Shown here piece after piece: positions 57,144 through 64,000 of a DNA stretch of 64,000 nucleotides; position 1 is the stretch's first letter; each line of letters opens with the position of its first letter. The stretch is from IMG/VR virus record IMGVR_UViG_3300025648_000015, positions 32,001 through 96,000 of that record. One strand, 5' to 3'. A program made the translations under genes and the position numbers. The notes beneath the pieces were generated by a model, which worked only from the letters and a program-made list of their open reading frames with translations, did not search any database and had not been told where the DNA came from. Origin of the DNA: a virus.

Positions 57144-57855
57144 AGAATACAAAGAGCTAGTCCACATGACTCCCACCACTCAGGAGTTGTTGAGCGAAGA
57201 AATTGATGGTGAACTATATCTGTATAAATATTCACCACAATGCAAGATTTGTAATACCAGTGAAGACCTCAGAAATATCATCGATTCACTCCTATTGTTT
57301 CCAAAGACCTATAAAGAAGTTCTTCAGTCAATCCAGTCGTTACAGGATAAATTAGGCATCGTAGGTGATGACCGTATAAATTATGAGAATATTCGTAACC
57401 ACCAGAAGCGGCACCTTCCTTTTGATAAAGCGATGGTCAGAGAAACTGTTGAGCGGCGTGCTCGTGAAAAGAATCGTAGTATTTTAGATACTAGTGAAAG
57501 ATTACTCACTGCTGAAGCTTTCTATGAAGTTATTGTAGCCAAAGGATGGGAAGAGATTGCCAAGGGTCACACTCAACCTACTTTGAACCAAACCATGGAA
57601 GCCATGGAGAGGTTACAAAAGCTTGAGAAAGAAGGACAAGAAGACTATCGTCCAGAAGAGCTTATTAATCAATTGGATATTATTCTTATGGCTGTTCGTG
57701 AAGTATTGCCTCCAGATATGAAAGAAGCACTTTTTCGTAAAATTGAAGAGTTCCAAACTGCTGATAAGAAACATAAGAACCCACAGGCTCTCAGGGAAGC
57801 TGATATCGATATAGATGATTATGTCGATGAAGATCTTTTAGAAGAAGATCTATAA
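57127..57855 (+). CDS. Zn-binding HTH/coiled-coil protein, possible terminase small subunit
   Basis: CKIC...IRNHQKRH then helical region and acidic tail. Confidence 0.4.
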   Translation: MDRRTKEYKELVHMTPTTQELLSEEIDGELYLYKYSPQCKICNTSEDLRNIIDSLLLFPKTYKEVLQSIQSLQDKLGIVGDDRINYENIRNHQKRHLPFDKAMVRETVERRAREKNRSILDTSERLLTAEAFYEVIVAKGWEEIAKGHTQPTLNQTMEAMERLQKLEKEGQEDYRPEELINQLDIILMAVREVLPPDMKEALFRKIEEFQTADKKHKNPQALREADIDIDDYVDEDLLEEDL

Positions 57856-57878
57856 ACCCTCCATTTTCCATGTTTTAA

Positions 57879-57911
57879 TGTAAAAACTCCGTTAAAACGC
57901 TAAAGATATTG
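57879..57911 (+). promoter_or_regulatory. candidate phage late promoter
   Basis: TGTAAAA-N13-GCTAAAGATATTG then AGGGG SD. Confidence 0.6.
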
Positions 57912-57928
57912 TAGACGTAGGGGTATAT

Positions 57929-58411
57929 ATGGCTGAAAATCAACCAAAAAAGTGGTCTAGACAAAAGAATGTCGTAGAAACTGCTATTGAACCACGTCGT
58001 CTAAGCTATTCTGACCGTATTTTTGACCCATATGATCCAGATCATCCAGATCCAGAAATGCGTTCTGGCGGTGGTGGCATCCAAATTAGCGATTATGCTG
58101 AGGATGCTGACCGTCAAAAATACAATAGAAACACTGGACATGCTTTATTTGATCGTCAAAACGAAGGTACTGGAACAGGTACTCCTAGCCTTTACTCATT
58201 CCAACGTGGTGTAAGAATCGCTGCAGGTTTATTGTCACGTCGTTCTAGAAACGATGCTTGTGTTAGGTGTGGTGTTGGGAAAAAACCACGAAAGATGAAG
58301 CAAGTAGAAATATCAGTCCCACCTTATTTTGCTTACGCTTGCAAAAGTAATTGCAGAGACTGGAATACTGAAAAGAATCCTTACGGCGCTAGACTTAGAA
58401 AAAACATGTAA
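57929..58411 (+). CDS. hypothetical protein with C-terminal Zn finger
   Basis: CVRC...C...C. Confidence 0.65.
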   Translation: MAENQPKKWSRQKNVVETAIEPRRLSYSDRIFDPYDPDHPDPEMRSGGGGIQISDYAEDADRQKYNRNTGHALFDRQNEGTGTGTPSLYSFQRGVRIAAGLLSRRSRNDACVRCGVGKKPRKMKQVEISVPPYFAYACKSNCRDWNTEKNPYGARLRKNM

Positions 58412-59238
58412 TGCTTAACGAACCAGAAATAAGTAAGGTAGGTCAAGACTATGCTGTTAAAGCAGGTCGACTTTTGCCGCTCGTAAAAGATACTGGTAAA
58501 TACAACATCACTTATCTTTATAAGAACCTTCACAAGAATGCTGACAAAGTAACTAATCGTGGAGAGTTCAACTACCCAGTACTCCAACACAGTTTTGATG
58601 GCCAAAATCATTCATTCAGTAATTCACCAGAGTTTTCTGAACAATTTAATAAATATATCCCACAATTAAAAACATTGTACGAGATGAATCTAGAAAATCA
58701 GAAGCCGGACGGCACAAGGGTTACAGCACCATGCGTGTCTTTGAATAAGACACACGGCGATGATGAAACTTTAAATGATTACATGAAGCGTAAGTTACCA
58801 CTTGATGATATTAAAGGTTTAAGAACACCTCAAATTAATGAAGAGGCTATCATTCCATGCCAAGAATTTCACTGCAATAAATGCAGTTCTTGCAAACCAC
58901 ACCAGGAAGAATTTGTTAAGTCTATGCAAGGTATCCTTTCACATGATGCTAATACTGGCGATGGTATGAGAAACTTTCACGTAAAAAACCTTTTAACTAC
59001 GTTAAATAGCTGGGCAGCTCACCAAGATGAGCGTGGGCATAATGATGAAACTGTTGGTGACCATAAATTTGATCATGATCATTATGGGCATAGCTTATTT
59101 TCTACTGCATTGAGAGAGATGTCTAACAATCTACACAGAGCATATGAAAATGACTGGATTAAATCAGGTGGTAAGGGCGGTGGCACTCATCGAGACCACC
59201 TTGGTCAAGAATACGGTAAGAAAACGGAAGCCTACTAA
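58411..59238 (+). CDS. His/Cys-rich hypothetical protein
   Basis: 275-aa ORF, TAATG-coupled. Confidence 0.65.
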   Translation: MLNEPEISKVGQDYAVKAGRLLPLVKDTGKYNITYLYKNLHKNADKVTNRGEFNYPVLQHSFDGQNHSFSNSPEFSEQFNKYIPQLKTLYEMNLENQKPDGTRVTAPCVSLNKTHGDDETLNDYMKRKLPLDDIKGLRTPQINEEAIIPCQEFHCNKCSSCKPHQEEFVKSMQGILSHDANTGDGMRNFHVKNLLTTLNSWAAHQDERGHNDETVGDHKFDHDHYGHSLFSTALREMSNNLHRAYENDWIKSGGKGGGTHRDHLGQEYGKKTEAY

Positions 59239-61985
59239 TGAAGATAAGTGAAATCTTTAAACGTCGCAATACACGTGAATCTGCAGGGCAATCAACTGAA
59301 CCCAACCCATTCGGTATGGGTACTACAGTTGAACGTAAGAACCTATTAGACGATAACCAAACAGTTGTACGTAATGAAATAACAACACCAGGTAGTCTAA
59401 AACCTATTGCTCTTGCTAGCCCAGAAGAATGCAACTGCGCTCAAAAACTAAACGTTTTGAGCTCTTCACCAAAACTTAGAATACCAAGTGATGCAAGTTC
59501 ACAATCAATCAATGAACAATTGGAAAGTATTAAGAATACTCCTAAGGATAAAAAAGATTTCCATAAGCAAGTAGTTAACAAGTGGTTGGGAATGATGAAT
59601 GAAACTGATGATAAGAAACGTCATGAGAATGTCAATGTTCTTCAAAGTCTAAAAAGAACCAACCCAACTGCAGATAATCGTTATGAATTCCAAAACCACT
59701 TACTCATGCATCTTTACAATGCTGGCATGTCTCATAGAGATCTTGGTATAAAAGACAGTGAACTTGGTGAACAATTTAAACAGACACAAGGTCTATCACA
59801 AGTTGAACAGAATGTTGCTAAGTCTACACACCAATATAATCAAAATAACTGTGGTGTTTGCCAACAATATTTAGACTCTTTCAAAAACCATGTACGAAAG
59901 TATAAAGATGGTATTGACAATATTTCTATGATGACTACAAAAAATAAACCAGAGGATTCTGGTAAGTCTGCTGATGAACTTGTTAAGTCACTTTATGATG
60001 ATTACCAAACGGGTAACAAGTCAAGAACAAAAGATTCAAGCGCGGCATCTGCTATAGATACGTTATCTAACTGGGATGAACACAGTAAGAATGCACATGG
60101 TTATTCATTTAATAGCGATTATGATAAGTACACACCTGTTGCTAGAGACAAGTCATTTATTCGTAGTACATACGATAGGTTAAAGGGTTACTCTGGTGGT
60201 TGGTCAAGAGGAAAAAATGTACCACTAACAGGCAACCCATTCGAAGAGCGTAAGCCAGGTGGTGAATTAAGAACAGAGGAAGAACTTTCTACTAAAGAAA
60301 AAAAGAAAGTTGATATCATAAAGACTCGTCAAAAGTTCCAAGAACCTTCTGCTATATCTACTAGAGAAACACTTTACCCATTACCACCTGTAGAAACTAA
60401 GGGTATGACTGCTGATGAAGCAGAAGCTGCCTATGAGAATAGAAGAAGCCTGTTAGAAAAAGACGAGCAAGGGCAAAGCATTCTTACTCCTATTCAAAAG
60501 AGAAAAGATACCGGTGGCACTCTTAGAACAGTTATAGAATTGCCTAATAAAACAATTACATATTTTCCGCAACAGAAAAAATACAATCAAGATTTTTCAG
60601 AAAACACTGTGGGTGGTCCATTTTCTGTAACACCAAAACCGCCTGTTCAAACATACAATGCTGCTGATGATCCACGCAATAAACTATTTCAAGATGTTGT
60701 TAGCGCTGGAGAACACCCAGAGATCATCAAGCCTAGCCTGCGTGAAGGTATAAATGCTACACTTCCACGTCAGCACAAGTACTTGTTCCAAAAGGCTGGC
60801 ATTGAACCAGAGACTGCTGGTCTAAAGGAATACTCAGAAAAACTGCAAGCTTACAAGAATCAACCCACACACTACAGCGTTGATACAGGTAAGAAAGAAA
60901 CAGTCGAAGAGCCACAGACCGAGAAGCGCAACTTAATTGAAAGAAATGGTGAGCTTCTTCCATACGAAGAAACGTATCACAAAGAACACAAAGAATTCTT
61001 GCAAAAATTAAATACTGAAGGCAATGAATACTTACCCTTGCGAAGTGATGGCAAACCAGCAAAGCTCAAAAACATAGCACACGATTGGACTAGCGAAGAA
61101 GACGATAAGTGGATAAAAGATTGGCACTCAAAGAATTCAAAGACTGAAGTATCGTACTCAGCACCTTCAGATAAATTTTCTCCTCCTGTTAAGAATGAAA
61201 AACTCGTAGCACCAGTACGACAAGAAATTCCTAAGCTAGATAACAGTGGTAAGCAGATCACGAAGACTGTAACTAAATCAATCTACGAGGAACGTCCTAT
61301 CCCTGCTGAACAAATGATCCCAGAACCATCACAGGAATCTTTAGCAAATGCTCAATCTAAATACAATGAATCATTTGATAATGCTTTGAGCAAGGTTTAC
61401 CCAAACTATACCAAAGAACAAGCAATGAATGCTCTACAAAATGAGCACGAAGGCGTCGTAAATAACCTAGAAAAGCAACACCAACGCAGTCTGCAAACCC
61501 GTAACCGTCGTATTAACGCAAGCAAGGAAACAATTATGTTTAATTCAAAGAATAAGAAAGAATCACACATCGATCTGTCAGTCATTCCTGGCATGGTAGA
61601 ACATGGTATAAAGGATGTTGGTCATATGCTCAACACCGTACGTAACCAATGGGACCAAGCACGCCAGAATACTAACCAATCAATGAAAGGTGATGCAACC
61701 GTTCAACTTTTAGGTGAAGCTGCTGCTGCTGGTTTTGGTGGCAAAAAGTTGCTTGACAAGTACAAGAACTGGGTAAACACACCAGGCAAGCGTAAGGATG
61801 ACGAAGAAGACGGTGAAGCACCACGTCAAGCTAGCCTACGCAATGCTAAAGCAAAGCTCGAAGCTGCAAAAAAGTCAAAAACTTGCGAAAAGTGTGGCAA
61901 GAAGTGTAGCGATGATAAGGAATGTAAGGCTAACATTGAAGAACGTAGACGTTCACAGTCAGCTGACAACGCTTACAACGATTAA
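59238..61985 (+). CDS. large hydrophilic hypothetical protein (possible internal virion protein; possible internal start at 61536)
   Basis: 915-aa ORF; C-terminal CEKC...C......C. Confidence 0.7.
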   Translation: MKISEIFKRRNTRESAGQSTEPNPFGMGTTVERKNLLDDNQTVVRNEITTPGSLKPIALASPEECNCAQKLNVLSSSPKLRIPSDASSQSINEQLESIKNTPKDKKDFHKQVVNKWLGMMNETDDKKRHENVNVLQSLKRTNPTADNRYEFQNHLLMHLYNAGMSHRDLGIKDSELGEQFKQTQGLSQVEQNVAKSTHQYNQNNCGVCQQYLDSFKNHVRKYKDGIDNISMMTTKNKPEDSGKSADELVKSLYDDYQTGNKSRTKDSSAASAIDTLSNWDEHSKNAHGYSFNSDYDKYTPVARDKSFIRSTYDRLKGYSGGWSRGKNVPLTGNPFEERKPGGELRTEEELSTKEKKKVDIIKTRQKFQEPSAISTRETLYPLPPVETKGMTADEAEAAYENRRSLLEKDEQGQSILTPIQKRKDTGGTLRTVIELPNKTITYFPQQKKYNQDFSENTVGGPFSVTPKPPVQTYNAADDPRNKLFQDVVSAGEHPEIIKPSLREGINATLPRQHKYLFQKAGIEPETAGLKEYSEKLQAYKNQPTHYSVDTGKKETVEEPQTEKRNLIERNGELLPYEETYHKEHKEFLQKLNTEGNEYLPLRSDGKPAKLKNIAHDWTSEEDDKWIKDWHSKNSKTEVSYSAPSDKFSPPVKNEKLVAPVRQEIPKLDNSGKQITKTVTKSIYEERPIPAEQMIPEPSQESLANAQSKYNESFDNALSKVYPNYTKEQAMNALQNEHEGVVNNLEKQHQRSLQTRNRRINASKETIMFNSKNKKESHIDLSVIPGMVEHGIKDVGHMLNTVRNQWDQARQNTNQSMKGDATVQLLGEAAAAGFGGKKLLDKYKNWVNTPGKRKDDEEDGEAPRQASLRNAKAKLEAAKKSKTCEKCGKKCSDDKECKANIEERRRSQSADNAYND

Positions 61986-62004
61986 TAAATAAAGAAAGAA
62001 GACA

Positions 62005-62493
62005 ATGGCCATTACAGACCCAAATGAAATTGGTGGTATCCGCCCTGAAGATGTAAAGCAGACGCCTGAGCAGATTGCTCAAGTCAATGCATTCCTTGCA
62101 CAACAGAAGCGTGAAGAAGAAGAGCTTGGTAAAGAACAACCTATCGAGCTTATGGAATCTGAACTCATGGGAGTATGGAAGCTACTTCAAGAACTACAGG
62201 CTAAGTATGGTAACCGTAAAGGTAGCTTTGAAAACCTCACGTCTCTAAAGAGTGAAGCAGACGAGAAGTTCCATGCTCTTGGATTTCAGGTCGTTGTCGA
62301 CTGGGTTCTCCCAGGTATTAGTCAAAAGCCTACACCTCCAACGATTACTATTGTAGGTCGTATTGATGGCAGCGAGTTCAACAATGAGCAAAACCGTTAC
62401 GAGACTGGTAAGGGTGTTGCTGACGATTACTACGACATGAAGCGTAAGGCATTGAAGCTGCCTAACAAAAAGCTTATTCTTCCAGGACAGTAA
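62005..62493 (+). CDS. hypothetical protein
   Basis: 162-aa ORF ending in LILPG. Confidence 0.7.
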   Translation: MAITDPNEIGGIRPEDVKQTPEQIAQVNAFLAQQKREEEELGKEQPIELMESELMGVWKLLQELQAKYGNRKGSFENLTSLKSEADEKFHALGFQVVVDWVLPGISQKPTPPTITIVGRIDGSEFNNEQNRYETGKGVADDYYDMKRKALKLPNKKLILPGQ

Positions 62494-62499
62494 ACTATC

Positions 62500-63705
62500 A
62501 TGGCAGACAAGATCAGTGGCTCTCACAATGAGAATAATGAAGAGGACTTCGAATACCCGAAGCACGTCTACATGTCTCCTGCTGAGAAAATTAAAGATCT
62601 TGGCATGTCTGGTAGCGAAGTCAATGACATTAACGAAACTAAGAATTTAAACTCTAACGATTATTTTAATGCTAGATACCAAGGTGCTACTCACAATGAA
62701 GTAATGGATGCTAGCTCATGGGATAGAGGATCTGTCAAGCCAGTCCCTGTAGAAGAAATGGTATACAACCCTGTAAAAAAGGTTCATATTAAATCTACAT
62801 ACATGTGGGACCCACACGTTTCTAATTATGCTAATGCAAGAGGCAATGGTGCTTCTCACGAAGAAGCTAATGAGGTCCACTCAAAGGGACTTAACCTAAG
62901 TGATTACTCCATGGGTAGAAAAAGAGGATTGTCTCACGTTGATGCAATGGATTCTATCAGGCCAACGTTCAATTCAGTTGGAGAAACGGTTAGCGTAGAA
63001 CCAACCACAGACGAGTATGCTGAAGCTAGAAGCCTAGATATTGATCCAGATACATTTGATAAGGCCACATACAAGCGTGTACGAAACGCTGGTGCTCCTC
63101 ACAAAAATGTAATTGATGCATCTAACCGTGGCATACCAGTTGAAGATTATGAAGCTGCTCTAAAAAACAACGGTGGTAACCACTTGAAAGCAGTTGATGA
63201 AGCACTGCGTTATCAAGATGATTACAAAGAGAACATGTCTAACAACTCTACTATCGTTGCTCACAATACAGAACAGATGAGCAATAACAAAAAATTGATC
63301 GATGACAACTCTGAAGCATTCAATGGATTAGTTTCAGAACTGTTTGGCCATCACATGTCATTGAAAGCTAAGCCATCGTTTGATAATGGTGGTGATGGGT
63401 ACGTTGATGCTCCATGGCGTCGTCGTGCTAATGAATGGGTAATGAACGAATGTTCTAAGCTAGATCCATCGCTTAAACCACACGTAGGCAAAAGCATCCA
63501 TGACCCAGAAGCAATTCTTTCTCCTGATGATTACAGTCAAAAAGTAAATCACTTGCTCACAAAGAATCAATATGGCCATATGTTTGCAAATACTTTGAAA
63601 GATTATGTGTCACAAAGAAGGAAGCAGAATGCTCTTATCAATATTGGTGAGAGTCATTTCATTCCATCTGGATACAAGCACGAATTATATGAAGAGGAAA
63701 ACTAA
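62500..63705 (+). CDS. hypothetical protein with five Y..AR..G..H helical repeats
   Basis: DYFNARYQGATHNEV, NYANARGNGASHEEA, DYSMGRKRGLSHVDA, TYKRVRNAGAPHKNV, DYEAALKNNGGNHLKA. Confidence 0.7.
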   Translation: MADKISGSHNENNEEDFEYPKHVYMSPAEKIKDLGMSGSEVNDINETKNLNSNDYFNARYQGATHNEVMDASSWDRGSVKPVPVEEMVYNPVKKVHIKSTYMWDPHVSNYANARGNGASHEEANEVHSKGLNLSDYSMGRKRGLSHVDAMDSIRPTFNSVGETVSVEPTTDEYAEARSLDIDPDTFDKATYKRVRNAGAPHKNVIDASNRGIPVEDYEAALKNNGGNHLKAVDEALRYQDDYKENMSNNSTIVAHNTEQMSNNKKLIDDNSEAFNGLVSELFGHHMSLKAKPSFDNGGDGYVDAPWRRRANEWVMNECSKLDPSLKPHVGKSIHDPEAILSPDDYSQKVNHLLTKNQYGHMFANTLKDYVSQRRKQNALINIGESHFIPSGYKHELYEEEN

Positions 63706-64000
63706 TGTTTAATTCTAAACTAAAAAGTTTTTTCCGTATTGGATCGCTTGATACACCTAAAGATCTAACTAAGCACTTCGAAGTACCTAAGCTGATGGTT
63801 GCATTCGATACTGAATCAACTGGCCTTAATACTAAAATAGGTTATGATAAATATCAAAAGAGAGATATTAAAAAAGAAGATTTAGATGAACCGATTTCTT
63901 ATGGTCTTGTTGTTTATCGTGATGGTGTACACCGACCAGAAGAGAATCAACACTTTCTTGTAAAGCCTCAACAAAAAATAAACCCTGCTGCACAAGCAGT
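63705..64000 (+). CDS. DEDDh 3'-5' exonuclease, DnaQ-like (3' truncated by window edge; not in ORF track)
   Basis: MFNSKLK...MVAFDTESTGL (ExoI)...FLVKPQQKINPAAQA. Confidence 0.8.
   Translation, partial: MFNSKLKSFFRIGSLDTPKDLTKHFEVPKLMVAFDTESTGLNTKIGYDKYQKRDIKKEDLDEPISYGLVVYRDGVHRPEENQHFLVKPQQKINPAAQA

Noticed and set aside
1-64000. Minus-strand and nested alternative-frame ORFs in the track
   Set aside because: They are short, lie antisense to or inside well-supported + strand genes and have no recognisable motifs

Overview
64 kb of an AT-rich, single-strand-coded (all genes on +) large tailed phage genome, almost certainly a contractile-tailed (myovirus-like) phage of an Actinobacterial host (WhiB, Rpf-type transglycosylase, MSMEG_6728-family protein). 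1-0.9 kb: end of an auxiliary-metabolism block (2OG-Fe(II) oxygenase, APS kinase). 1-28.9 kb: virion module (a very basic 20-aa-repeat protein, NlpC/P60 hydrolase, fibres, neck, terminator, sheath, tube, -1 frameshifted chaperones, tape measure, hub, spike/fibre, baseplate wedge). 28.9-57.9 kb: early/replication region (SNF2-like helicase, Rpf, WhiB, three glycosyltransferases, tRNA-Arg(UCU), proteasome/HslV-like protease, MerR-like HTH, 5'-3' exonuclease, a LuxC-like acyl-CoA reductase, DnaC-like loader, DnaB, primase, SSB, GroES, DnaE, RecA, many Zn-finger/RHH microproteins, nucleases, sigma-like protein). 57.9-64 kb: large unknown late-type proteins and a truncated DEDDh exonuclease. Best leads: (i) strong directional Ser-Gly enrichment in insertions of tail proteins together with a GT2-GT4-GT17 cassette and APS kinase (candidate proteoglycan-like virion glycosylation system); (ii) a polycationic 20-aa-repeat protein; (iii) a phage-specific promoter motif TGTA-N21-AG-N4-TR found five times in front of late genes; (iv) a LuxC-like reductase inside the replication module; (v) microprotein zinc-finger families below the ORF-track cut-off. 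All function calls are from motif recognition and gene order only; no searches were run.
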